The position numbers and the translations under genes were made by a program. DNA of 64,000 nt from Desulfatiglandales bacterium (GTDB lineage: Bacteria; Desulfobacterota; DSM-4660; Desulfatiglandales; Desulfatiglandaceae), in contig OY762721.1 in the NCBI GenBank assembly GCA_963666345.1, positions 1,568,001 to 1,632,000 of the forward strand. The letters are read 5' to 3'. Below the pieces are notes generated by a model. The model searched no databases. It was not told the origin of the DNA and saw nothing but the letters and a program-made list of their open reading frames with translations. Below are positions 19,393-29,032 of the stretch, one piece after another; the stretch's first letter is position 1, and each line of letters starts with the position of its first letter.

Positions 19393-19451
19393 AATTTCGG
19401 GCTCTTTATCTTATATATCTATGATCTAACAAGCGATCCGGATTTTTAATA

Positions 19452-19494
19452 AGCAAAAGGCCCCCTGCAGCTGAGCTGCAAGAAGCCTTTTGTT
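19452..19494. terminator. Probable bidirectional terminator
   Basis: GCAAAAGGC..TGCAGC-TGA-GCTGCA..GCCTTTTGT between convergent genes. Confidence 0.6.
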
Positions 19495-19510
19495 AAAGGG
19501 TTTGTCAACC

Positions 19511-21127
19511 CTAACGGACCTGATAGGGCATCCTGACTTCAAGTGCCTGGTAGGGGCACTCGATCTCGCAGGGCAGGCAGTACCAGCATGTCATGTTTGA
19601 TTCAAATGACCTGCCGCAACTAAGACACCGTTCAGCTTCCCTTTTCGCCTGCTCAGGGTCGAGCACCAGTTCGGTCTCAGCATCAAGACCCCGTTTTTCA
19701 ACAGGCAGGCACGGGCTCTCCCCCCTGGCGCCTCCTGCGGCCCTTTCCGCTATGACTTCGTATCGTCTTGACAGGCCTCCTGCCTCGTACCTGTCCCGTT
19801 CGTACCAGAGCCCTTCACCTGAAAGATACCGGCCTGCGCTTATTCCCGCCTCCTTTCCGGAGGCAAAGGCCTCCACCACGGAGGAGGGCCCGCTTGCGCA
19901 GTCTCCGGCGATAAACACCTTTTCATTTTCAGGGGCCTGCCTTGTCACCGGATCGCATGAGAAACGCCCGGCTTGCATGTCGAAGAGATATTCCGGAAGC
20001 CCGCACACATCAGGGCTATGACCTATGGCAACGGCCGCGAGGTCCGTTTCCAGGCTGTGAAGACCGCAGGTTTCATCGATCTGAGGCGCGAAGTTACCCT
20101 CAGGATCAAACACGGTCAGGCACCGGTTAAACGACAGCCTGACGCTTCCCGCATCCGTTTTTTCAATGCCCCCCACGCCCCAGCAGTTTTCCACTCTGAC
20201 CCCCAGCTCGCGGGCTTCTCTAAGTTCCTGTTCAAAGGCAGGCATCTCATTGGGGTTTTCAAGGCACACCATGACAACTTCGCGCGCGCCAGCGTGAACG
20301 CACGTTATTGCGGTATCAACGGCTGAATTGCCACCCCCTATGACCGCCACCCTCTTATAGGTAAAATCCTCGAGCCCGCCTGAAGCGGCCTTTGCCAGTA
20401 TATCAAGCCCTGAAACGACCTGTTCCAGGTCCGCGCCCGGCACGTTCAGCCTCATTGAAGGGCCCGCCCCTGTCGCGATAACGATTGCGCCGTGCTCTTT
20501 TTCGAGTTGGGCCAATTCCATGTCCCTGCCTATGGCGCATTCCGTAACAAACTCCACACCCATATCCCTTAAAAGGTCCACAGCCTCCTCCACCTCGCGA
20601 ACAGGAAGCCTGAAGCGGGGAAGGCCGTGCCGCAAGAGCCCGCCAGGCTTATCGGATGAGTCGTAAACGGTTACCTTGTGGCCCATTGAGCGCAGTTCAT
20701 ACGCAGCCATGAGACCGGCCGGGCCCGAGCCTATGACAGCGGCTGAAAGGCCTGTCTCAGCCATGATTTCCGGTCTTCTTCCTGTTACATCAGGATACCT
20801 CTCATCAAGATACCTCTTTAGCGCCCTTACCTGCACGGGCCCGTCGCCGATCGTCTTGCCCCTCTCGCATGCCGCCTCGCAGGGCCTCGAGCAGATCCTG
20901 CCCAGGATCTGCGAAAAGGGGGTGTGTTTTCTCAGTTCTTCCGCGGCCTCCTCTTCCTTTCCCATCGCGATAAGCCGGACATAGCCCTGACAGTTGATAT
21001 CAAGAGGACAGGCCTGACGGCAGGGCGCTACGGACAGGCGCAGGTTGTCCATGATGCAGCGGTCGACGCAGGTTCCGCAGGCAATACATGAATTACGGTC
21101 GATTCTTATATTTATATCGCTAATCAT
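19511..21127 (-). CDS. Fe-S/FAD NAD(P)H oxidoreductase (GltD/NfnB-like) inserted between two halves of a ferredoxin
   Basis: N-terminal CIACGTCVDRC; APCRQACP, GRICSRPCEAAC; GSGPAG and GGGNSA Rossmann motifs; RCLSCG; C-terminal CWYCLPCEIECP. Confidence 0.88.
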   Translation of the reverse strand: MISDINIRIDRNSCIACGTCVDRCIMDNLRLSVAPCRQACPLDINCQGYVRLIAMGKEEEAAEELRKHTPFSQILGRICSRPCEAACERGKTIGDGPVQVRALKRYLDERYPDVTGRRPEIMAETGLSAAVIGSGPAGLMAAYELRSMGHKVTVYDSSDKPGGLLRHGLPRFRLPVREVEEAVDLLRDMGVEFVTECAIGRDMELAQLEKEHGAIVIATGAGPSMRLNVPGADLEQVVSGLDILAKAASGGLEDFTYKRVAVIGGGNSAVDTAITCVHAGAREVVMVCLENPNEMPAFEQELREARELGVRVENCWGVGGIEKTDAGSVRLSFNRCLTVFDPEGNFAPQIDETCGLHSLETDLAAVAIGHSPDVCGLPEYLFDMQAGRFSCDPVTRQAPENEKVFIAGDCASGPSSVVEAFASGKEAGISAGRYLSGEGLWYERDRYEAGGLSRRYEVIAERAAGGARGESPCLPVEKRGLDAETELVLDPEQAKREAERCLSCGRSFESNMTCWYCLPCEIECPYQALEVRMPYQVR

Positions 21128-21128
21128 C

Positions 21129-22823
21129 TTATTTCCCATCCTTTGCTTCATTTGCGAGCTTTTCAAGCGGCGCTCTGGTGCAGTTGATCTCCCCCGGGTC
21201 TTCCCCCCTCTTAAGCAGCATATGGCACAAGTAGTCCCGGTCGTTTTTTTCCGGGTAATCGGATCGTCTGTGGGACGTGCCCCAGCGGCTCTCCTTACGC
21301 TCAAACGAGGCCGCGGCTGAAAGAGAGGCGCATTCTATAATGTTTTCGATCTCGTAGATCTTGCTCAGTTCGTGACCGTTTGCGGCGGAGGTTGTTTCAA
21401 GAAGTTCTTTTTTCAATTTCCCGGCCCACTCAAACCACCGCTTGAGTTTGTATTCATTCTTGATCCCGACCACATAGTCGCCGATCAGCCTGCGCACCTT
21501 GAATTCGATATCCCTGACGTTCAGTTCGCGGCCCGGGTCGGACCGGCTGTTTCTATTATTCACGGCCTCCTTGACCTTTGCGTCGTTTAACCCGGTCTGT
21601 TCCGGGTGGGCGGATATGAAACTTACAGCCTCTTCCGCTGCCACTTCACCGAATACCAGGGCGCCTGAGAGGTGCTGCTTCGGGACACAGGCCACGTCCC
21701 CTGCCGCGAAGAGTCCAGGCACGCCGGTCTGCGCCTTTTCGTTCACCCTCACTCCGCTCATACCGTGCCCCCCGCAGATCTGATGTTCGGTGGGCCACAG
21801 TTCGATATCCTTTTTCCTGAAATCTATGCCGCGGCCCTTGAAAAAGCGCTCCTGAACCGGCCGCTCCGTGGTAAAGAGGATACCCTCTATCTCCCGGATG
21901 ACACTTTCATCCAGATGGCTCAGTTTCACGCGCACAGGCCCGCGTCCCTGCTCATGTGCCTCGTTCATGAGGCTCATGTTGTTTACCTCGTTTTCCATAA
22001 TCACCCTGTTAAAGACATCCAGAACCTGCCCTCCTCGCGTCACGGTTATGGCAAGAAGCGGCATGTTGGCGTCCTTTATCAGCACCGGGCTCTGGGTGGA
22101 CTCCATCCCGATGAGACCCGCCCCGGCCTTGTAGCACATCAGGAAACCGTCCCCGGTGTTTCCGGGAAAGTCAAAGACACCGTACAGGTAGCCCGAGTTT
22201 GGAAGGGTCAGACGTGCCTGTCCGCCTGAGGCCATGATCACGGCCTTTGCCCTGCACACCACTAACTCGCCCGTGCGCACGTTGAGACCGACCGCACCTG
22301 CGACCCTGCCGCCGTCCATGAGAAGATCAATTCCCATGACCCTGTTTACGGCCTTTGTTCCGGATTTAAAGACCCGTTCGGCCATCATGGTCTTGAGGTC
22401 GGGCTCCTGCATGGCGGTCTGGAAATTTCCCTTTACATGATATTTGAGGGTCCTGTAATTACCCGATGCGTCAAGGGGGAAGTAGACCCCCCACGATTCA
22501 AGCTTTTTGAGCAGTTCGTATGACCTTGCGGCCATTGTGTAGCTTGCAGGTTCGTCAAATACCCCCTGACATCCCAGGCCCACTGATTGTATATAGAGTT
22601 CGGGGGACGTGAGGTTGGGTATGGCGACTATGTTGAGGGCATCCATTCCGCGCGCAATGGAGCCGGAATACTTTATGTCTCCCTTGTCAAAGACAAGGAC
22701 TTCCAGCTCAGGATTGAGCTCTTTGGCCCTGATCGCGGCCATGCACCCTGCGCTTCCTCCGCCGATTATCAACAGATCGGTCTGTCTGTAAAAAACTTTG
22801 TCCAAGGTCTCAGTCTTGTTCAT
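21129..22823 (-). CDS. Fumarate reductase/APS reductase alpha-family flavoprotein (AsfA-like)
   Basis: IIGGGSAG, SGSIARGMDALN, NTGDG, GHGMSG, GLFAAGD, RKESRWG. Confidence 0.85.
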   Translation of the reverse strand: MNKTETLDKVFYRQTDLLIIGGGSAGCMAAIRAKELNPELEVLVFDKGDIKYSGSIARGMDALNIVAIPNLTSPELYIQSVGLGCQGVFDEPASYTMAARSYELLKKLESWGVYFPLDASGNYRTLKYHVKGNFQTAMQEPDLKTMMAERVFKSGTKAVNRVMGIDLLMDGGRVAGAVGLNVRTGELVVCRAKAVIMASGGQARLTLPNSGYLYGVFDFPGNTGDGFLMCYKAGAGLIGMESTQSPVLIKDANMPLLAITVTRGGQVLDVFNRVIMENEVNNMSLMNEAHEQGRGPVRVKLSHLDESVIREIEGILFTTERPVQERFFKGRGIDFRKKDIELWPTEHQICGGHGMSGVRVNEKAQTGVPGLFAAGDVACVPKQHLSGALVFGEVAAEEAVSFISAHPEQTGLNDAKVKEAVNNRNSRSDPGRELNVRDIEFKVRRLIGDYVVGIKNEYKLKRWFEWAGKLKKELLETTSAANGHELSKIYEIENIIECASLSAAASFERKESRWGTSHRRSDYPEKNDRDYLCHMLLKRGEDPGEINCTRAPLEKLANEAKDGK

Positions 22824-22881
22824 TATCACCTCTCTACTTCCTTTTTATCTTTGGCCCACTTATTTTTAGGCACAAAAAACC

Positions 22882-23655
22882 TCATACCATGAGGTTCATC
22901 CACATGTTTTTTTCATACGGCCTGTAATCAAACTTCACTTCCAGATAACGTGCCATGAAAACCACCAGCCCTACGCTGACAACTAAGTCCTGATCGTTAA
23001 AATACACGGCCTTTCTTACCAGGATCGGAGCTTCAACGGCCGTTTCAAGGATTGCCGCCTCATCCTCCGAAAGCCTGCGGCTCGTAATTGAGTAGGTAAC
23101 CTGTTTGGTCCTGGTGGTGCGGTTTGCGTCCAGCACTTCGGTAAGCATTTTTTCCGTCAGTGCCCTTTCAGTAAAAAGCCATGCTGAAGAAGGATCGACC
23201 GCCCTGTATTCGATGGCGAATTTCAGATCCTTGATTTTCTTGAGCCTGCTGACCAGATGAATTTTTTGGGCGGGCGCAAATTCCCCGGCCCATTCGGGCG
23301 GTTCACACTCCGACCTTGAAATAAGCTCATTTGAGATCTTTATGCCTTTTCCCCCAAGGGCGGGCTCCATGCCTCTGAAGGTCTCAACCACCCCGTTATT
23401 TACCGGCCGGCAGGTGAATGTGCCTTTTCCGTGGATCTTCTGCACGAGCCCGGCATGTTCCAGGTTTTCCACCGCCTTTCTTATTGTGGTGCGGCTTACC
23501 CCGAAATGCTCAATAAATTCCGGCTCACTCGGAAGACGCGTGCCTGGCACAATCTTTCTTTTTCTTATGAAATCCGCTATTGCCCTTTCCACCTGCCCGT
23601 AGATGGGGCTTTTGTCCCCGGCTGCAAGTCCCGGCATTGAATCCCATACTCTCAT
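22882..23655 (-). CDS. GntR/HutC family regulator with UTRA domain
   Basis: LPSEPE...FGVSRTTIRKA...GKGTF; SD GGGAGG. Confidence 0.9.
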   Translation of the reverse strand: MRVWDSMPGLAAGDKSPIYGQVERAIADFIRKRKIVPGTRLPSEPEFIEHFGVSRTTIRKAVENLEHAGLVQKIHGKGTFTCRPVNNGVVETFRGMEPALGGKGIKISNELISRSECEPPEWAGEFAPAQKIHLVSRLKKIKDLKFAIEYRAVDPSSAWLFTERALTEKMLTEVLDANRTTRTKQVTYSITSRRLSEDEAAILETAVEAPILVRKAVYFNDQDLVVSVGLVVFMARYLEVKFDYRPYEKNMWMNLMV

Positions 23656-23695
23656 GATCCCCCCTCCCGAAAAAAGACAATCGCATAAATTCATG

Positions 23696-23740
23696 ATGAC
23701 GTCATGACGACATTATGTATTCGCACCCAGGTGGTGTCAA
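23696..23740 (-). promoter_or_regulatory. Sigma70 promoter of the gntR operon with a palindromic operator
   Basis: Minus strand TTGACA(23740-23735)-N17-CATAAT(23717-23712); overlapping palindromes ATGACGTCAT and CGTCATGACG at 23696-23709. Confidence 0.65.
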
Positions 23741-23869
23741 GGCAAATCCTGACATTTTTCCATTGGAGGGGAAAAAGCGTGAGGTGGGTTCTTTTCAAAA
23801 GGAAGCCTTTCGCGCGGGTTGAAAGGCCTTTAAAAAGCCTGAAAGGCGCTTTTGACCTGAACAGGTCGG

Positions 23870-24099
23870 GATGAACTCCAGTATGATCTTGATCAATGGT
23901 TGGGAAAATACAATCAGCGCCGGCCACATCAAGGCAAACGATGTCAGGGCAAAACTCCAATGGAGACTTTCATGGAAAATTTGCCCTTGGCAAAAGAGAA
24001 AATATTGGATAATAGAGTTGATGCCTGTCTGACACCTGCAGCTTAGTCGGACAACAGCCTCAGAAAGGGTATGTGTCAGATTACATCCTGGCTACTACA
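23870..24099 (+). mobile_element. IS481-family remnant: transposase C-terminus and right end
   Basis: Frame from 23870 reads DELQYDLDQWLGKYNQRRPHQGKRCQGKTPMETF...TPAA* (stop 24044-24046); terminus ...TGTCAGAT...CTACTACA gives the 5'-TGT end typical of IS481. Confidence 0.8.
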
Positions 24100-24109
24100 C
24101 TTAAATGTT

Positions 24110-25279
24110 TCAGCAGGCGTCATCTTTTTTGTCATTGAAGAAAAACAGATAACCAAGCAAGGCCACCAGGCCCATACCGGCTATGGAAATATAGACCCAT
24201 TTCAGGCTTGAAAAGGCAACAACGGAGGTTGCTATCATAGGTCCCAGTGCATTTCCCGCAAATCTGCTTGAATTCAAAAATCCCAATACCCGTCCGTCCG
24301 ATTCCGAGGCAAAAGATGAAAAAACCAACGGCACAACAGCCGCTATCGCAGCCGTTTGAAGCATACGAAGGGTAACAAAACTTGTGAGCCCTAAACTCAA
24401 TGACAGCAATGATTGGAAGATCGCCCCCAGGATACCCGCTATAAAAATAAGCCTGTAAACCGGTATTTTTGAAGACAATCTGCACAGCAAGAAAGTGCCT
24501 GCAACAGCCGTTGCCGTATACAGCATCACAATCAGACCGGCTGAATTTACCGCCGCACCCTGTTCCATATGGAATCCCTTGAAAACATCCGGAAGGATGC
24601 TGGGCAGAAACATTAACTGGACCGTTGCGGTAAAACAAAGCCCCCATCCGATGAGAGTCTTTTTGTCCATTACACGTTTTTTAACTGCAGAGGCCTTACT
24701 TGATTCATCCGTAGCTTCCTTTACATAGAAAAAACAGAAGACCAGAGTCACAAATACCAGACCGGAGGCGCTGATAAACGCGCCTTCGTAACCCAGCATG
24801 GTGGCAGCCAATGCGCCTATCGGAGGACCGATCAACTGTCCCAGTGTCAGGGAATTTTGATACAGGCCTATATCTCTTGACACCCACTGTCTGGATGACG
24901 ACGAAGAGACAATAATCAGGCCGATGGTAGAAATACCGCCCAATATCCCCTGCATGATTCGAAGCACAAGAAGAACCGGAAGACTTGATACAAACCCCAT
25001 CAACAGAATTATAACGGCATGGGAAAGCAGGCCCGCCATAAAAAGGCCTTTGGGACTGAGACCGGAGGCTAACGACCCCCAAAAGGTGGACGCAATAGCC
25101 GCGGCAAAGCCCGGTGCCCCCATGATAACTCCCGTCCATATAAGCGTTTCCGCAGATGAGCAGGGGCTGATATCGTGAATGAAAAAGGGGAGGAAAACCA
25201 TAACGAAATTGAAAGAAAAGGCTATGCCGAACTGGGAGAGACAAATGAAGAGAACGTTTCGATAGTTTCTTTGATTCAT
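24110..25279 (-). CDS. MFS transporter (DHA1/MdtG-like)
   Basis: FLPFFI, WTGVI, LRIMQG, GQLIGPPIG; about 12 TM helices; start could be 25312. Confidence 0.85.
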   Translation of the reverse strand: MNQRNYRNVLFICLSQFGIAFSFNFVMVFLPFFIHDISPCSSAETLIWTGVIMGAPGFAAAIASTFWGSLASGLSPKGLFMAGLLSHAVIILLMGFVSSLPVLLVLRIMQGILGGISTIGLIIVSSSSSRQWVSRDIGLYQNSLTLGQLIGPPIGALAATMLGYEGAFISASGLVFVTLVFCFFYVKEATDESSKASAVKKRVMDKKTLIGWGLCFTATVQLMFLPSILPDVFKGFHMEQGAAVNSAGLIVMLYTATAVAGTFLLCRLSSKIPVYRLIFIAGILGAIFQSLLSLSLGLTSFVTLRMLQTAAIAAVVPLVFSSFASESDGRVLGFLNSSRFAGNALGPMIATSVVAFSSLKWVYISIAGMGLVALLGYLFFFNDKKDDAC

Positions 25280-26333
25280 ATCATTACATGACAGGTTTGC
25301 AGATGGTTTCATGGATGCCGAGTGAGCCTAACTTAGTAGAGGGGGCACCAGTGACAACTCAAGCCTTATGCGCCCCGGAGATTTCCCCCGTCGCAGGCCG
25401 TTAAAATAATCACCGGACAAACCATTGTTTTCTGCCCAAAGGTTCGAAAAGAGACAAGCCACGGCCCGGGAACTTTTGTGCCGTAAGGCTCTATTGTATC
25501 AGATAAAATCTTCAATATAAATTTCCTAGTGCAGGCCTGCCGGCATATTCAAACCCCATACCAGGCGGGCTGCGGTGCAATTTCTGATTGAGCTGTCTTT
25601 TGTTCATATCAGATTTTTATGAGAAAAGAAAATTCGTATATTAATTGCCCAATTTTATTTTTGCTCCTATTGCTCAATCTGTCATTCATAGAGTTCAAAC
25701 AGAAACGGATGGGATTCGGAAAGGCATCTGGAGAAAAAAGATCCGATGAGTTAATTCGGTTTCGGAAGAGGGCCCGAGATCTCAAAAAGGAGTCTTTGGC
25801 CAAGTGGTTTGGTTTTCCAGATGAAACTGAAATTCGGAGAGCCTGGTTGCGATCAAACAGTCTTGAATTATTCCGGAATCTCGGCAAATTCAAAAATAGC
25901 GGAAACAGATTTAATTTCAGCTATTATGGTTCGACCGAATACAACGGGACACAGATTGCTTGCCAACAAAGGCATTCCAGGTGTTTTTAAAACCTGTTAT
26001 TAGGTCTTCCAATGAGTCCTGTGCCCGCTTAAAATGGGTAAACACCTTTCCATAGCATTTATCACAACGTTGGCAACAGCTGTGATATCCAGCAACAACC
26101 ACCTGTTTTCCCTCCATCAGTAGGCCAAAAGATGAAGTCGTGCCTTCTGTGATAAGCTTAATTATTGTTGACGTTTTATTGACGAGAAAAAACCAGGGTT
26201 GGTGCTTGATCTTTACATATATAAGGGTTAACCAAACCTGTGACAAGAAAGTACTATTGAAGTATCCTTCTGAAAACTAAGTTTCTAGACAAAGGGGAGT
26301 CGGGTCGCCTCTTCCTTATAGTGCATGAATTGA

Positions 26334-26939
26334 CTACGGCGATTGCCTGCCGATATCACTTCCGTTATTTTTTTGGTCTCTCTCGTAAACCCTAGCTCTT
26401 TCATCGCTGCGGTTTCTCTGTACATCCCTGCCAGTATCATTTACTTCTTTTTTTTGAACCTTTTTCCTATCATCACTGCGTTTCCCTTGTGCATTCCTAA
26501 CGGTATTATTCACTTCTTTTCTTTGAATACGACCTTTATAACCTTTTTGCTCTGTTTCATTAATCCTGCCCCTATTATTTCTCCTCTGTATTTCCTGTGT
26601 CTTATTTCTTTTATCTTTCTGATCTCTTACGTTAATCCTACTTCTGTTTTCTTCCTGGACTCTTACATTTCTCTTGCTTTTAAACTTCAATCCCTTTGGA
26701 TAATGATTTCTTGGAAGATCTATCCAGCGTCCGCTCTTTGACCTTGAGTAGTACCATCGGTCACCATGGTAATAATAGTAAAACCCTCCATATGTGTAAT
26801 AGGAGTATGGGTCTACCGATTCAACAGTTACCGGAAGAGGTGGTGCAATGGCTACATAGGAACCACGATGCCCTACTGTCGTAACGCATGATACACTCAT
26901 AAAGGCCATGACAATGATAATAAGAAATCGCTTTTTCAT
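26334..26939 (-). CDS. Putative lipoprotein with a Tyr-rich segment and a charged repetitive tail
   Basis: MKKRFLIII...SVSC lipobox; YYTYGGFYYYYHGDRWYY; two imperfect QxKEVNxTxR...RSD repeats. Confidence 0.7.
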   Translation of the reverse strand: MKKRFLIIIVMAFMSVSCVTTVGHRGSYVAIAPPLPVTVESVDPYSYYTYGGFYYYYHGDRWYYSRSKSGRWIDLPRNHYPKGLKFKSKRNVRVQEENRSRINVRDQKDKRNKTQEIQRRNNRGRINETEQKGYKGRIQRKEVNNTVRNAQGKRSDDRKKVQKKEVNDTGRDVQRNRSDERARVYERDQKNNGSDIGRQSP

Positions 26940-27016
26940 GTTATCCCTCATTTGTATGATCTAATCATGTGGCTATGGTGATGTTTTCTGTGCCCTGCTA
27001 TACCATTTATTTTAAA

Positions 27017-27033
27017 AGCAAGACATATGCCGA
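27017..27033 (-). promoter_or_regulatory. Sigma54 (-24/-12) promoter upstream of the lipoprotein gene
   Basis: TCGGCATATGTCTTGCT = GG-N10-GC; palindrome TGTCGAA-N11-TTCGACA at 27132-27156 is a candidate enhancer site. Confidence 0.55.
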
Positions 27034-27268
27034 ATTGTCTTAATTAGAGGGTAACAGTCTGAATTATCTATAAATCCTATGACAATCTATCAAATGAAAT
27101 ATTCATCAGAAGCTGAGAGATCGGCAAGAAATGTCGAATCAAAGATTTTTTCGACAGGGTGACAGCGATTCTGTTTAACAAAAATTTTATTGAAGGAAGT
27201 GCTCAGTTGAGATATTATTTTTACTCATCCTGAGAGGAACTGACTGACATTATGTTGTTGAGATTTAT

Positions 27269-27375
27269 TGTAGTAGCTAAGATATGATCTGACACATACC
27301 CTTTCTGAGGCTGTTATCCGACTAGGCCGCAAGCGCCAGACGGTCTTCACCTTTCACATCCACATTTTTTACTAT
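27269..27375 (-). mobile_element. Second IS481-family right-end remnant, inverted
   Basis: 27269-27341 matches 24027-24099 in reverse complement at 63/73 nt, including the same TAG stop (...RLALAA*) and a TGTAGTAG terminus. Confidence 0.75.
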
Positions 27376-27420
27376 CCCGCAAAAAATCTTTCCACAGAAT
27401 GCTTAGATCTATATTTTATC

Positions 27421-27636
27421 CTAAATGAAGTTGTCTTCCTTATGTTTACTTGAAATAGCACCAGCAAGATCATCTAGGGCTTTAAAATCATTTTCTGAGG
27501 GAACGCCCCTGCACAAAACAGGCTTCAGCACCTCAGCTTTCAAATCAGGGGTCATTCCGGCAAGAGTCTCTACCGTTTTTCCACCCCATCCATATGAGCT
27601 TATAATAGATAGAAACTTTGTCCTAGGTCTTATCTG
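27421..27636 (-). pseudogene. C-terminal flavodoxin fragment of a flavodiiron (FprA-like) protein
   Basis: SSYGWGGKTVE...LKAEVL.PV...G.P motif; truncated by the adjacent duplication. Confidence 0.7.
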
Positions 27637-28878
27637 TATCACTGTTTGAGGAACACATCTCGATCAGCAATGCGGCCACCGCCGGATAAAGGCCCTGGCA
27701 GTGCCTGCTCATAAAGATGGTTTTCCGTCTCCGGCAATACAGCGACTTCGGGAGATGGTTGGAGAGGAGAATCAGGCTCCGGTTGCGGCGCAGGGAAAGA
27801 AGGGCCGGTGTTTGATGGACTTTCTCCGTGAACAGCCGGATCGCACGTGAACTGAGGATCAAGGACAAGCGCCCTCTCTTGCCAGGCGGGAAATTCAGCG
27901 GTCCGGGGATGGGCCAGGTCCTTGCGATATAGAAAGGCCCCGGGAAAATGGACGGTTACAAAAGGCGGAAAAAATTCATTCGAGACCTCGCAGGGGCTCA
28001 CGATCAGCCATCCTCAGTCCACGAGTGCGTCATAGAGTTTTCTTATCACCGAACGGGCGCGCCCGGCTTCAAAATACATGATAACGTTGCGGCAGAAAAT
28101 GAGATCCATGGCATTTGTGTTGCCGGCAAGCGAGGGGTATGAATCTTCCGCCAGGTTCAGATACGAGAAGTCGACCATCTTCTTGATTAAAGGGACGATC
28201 CTGTTCAGCGAGTCTTTGTCTTTAATAAAGTAACTCCTGATCCACATCGGGGCCTCCCGGAACGACCATTAGCTGTAAACGCCGTTTTCGGCCCTTTTCA
28301 AAAAATCCGGGTTGATATCGGTGGCGAGGATGGTAATGTTCCAGTCTTCGAGGTCGGAAATCAGTTTATGGAGCAGGATGGCGATAGAGTAAGCTTCCTC
28401 GCCGGAAGCGCAGCCTGCGCTCCATAACCGCAAATGCCTGGAGGCGCGACGTTTGCTGACCAGCCCGGAAATGATTTCTTCTTCCATGACTTTAAACAAG
28501 GTTGCTGTCCCGGAAAAAGCAGGTCTCTCCGACCGTGAGGTGACTCGCCAAAACCTCGATCTGGCGCCGGGACAAAGATGAGGAGAGAAGCCAGGTTAAA
28601 CACGCCTCCGTGTCCGTGAAATCAAACTCCCGCGCCGTTAAACCAAAACGCGCACGCATGTTGACAACCGGAACAACCCGGCCCTGCCAATTCACGACTC
28701 CCACTACGATCTCCGGCGCTTTGGGCAACAAAGTGATTTCCGCCGCTCGCACGACTTTCTCCACCACGGACAGATAGCATAGCCTTGAGCATCAAGCCTG
28801 AACACCATAAGCTGGTTTTTATTTATTATAGTTATGACGATTTTCCTCCATCTATCAAAAAAGATGCCTTCATTCAGT
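27637..28878 (-). pseudogene. Degenerate duplicate of cheW-cheR (copy of about 49101-50749)
   Basis: Near-identical DNA to the intact genes but broken into several ORFs by stops/frameshifts and a 391-bp internal deletion. Confidence 0.92.
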
Positions 28879-28885
28879 CCTGGGC

Positions 28886-29032
28886 TTAACGGGTGCCGTG
28901 AAGCAAGGGGTGAACCGCATGTATCAGAGGTTCCATTTCAATTGGTTTTGCAACAAGTGCGATGGGGCCGTAAAGCATGGCCTCTATCGTAAGGTCGCTG
29001 TCCGGACAGCCGGTGATTACAGTGACCGGCAA
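28886..29032 (-). pseudogene. C-terminal half of a receiver domain
   Basis: LPVTVITGCPDSDLTIEAMLYGPIALVAKP resembles REC beta4-alpha4-beta5-KP; lies in frame right after the kinase stop. Confidence 0.6.

Noticed and set aside
21129..22823. Canonical aprA or frdA/sdhA
   Set aside because: The GMDALN-type motif, the length, and the absence of sat/qmo or sdhBC neighbours point to a separate clade; no symbol assigned.
23770..23990. Riboswitch (hairpins, GGGCAAA...TTTGCCC)
   Set aside because: No match to the c-di-GMP or other consensus that I can recognise; part of it is transposase coding sequence.
25609..26246. Overlapping short ORFs; GKQVVVAGY resembles adenosylhomocysteinase
   Set aside because: The similarity covers only a few residues and the Gly-rich motif is absent; product and strand cannot be supported.
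24027..27341. 73-bp inverted repeats as a novel structured RNA or invertible-switch sites
   Set aside because: The upstream frame encodes an IS481-like transposase C-terminus ending in a shared TAG, and the ends are TGT-type, so IS remnants explain them.
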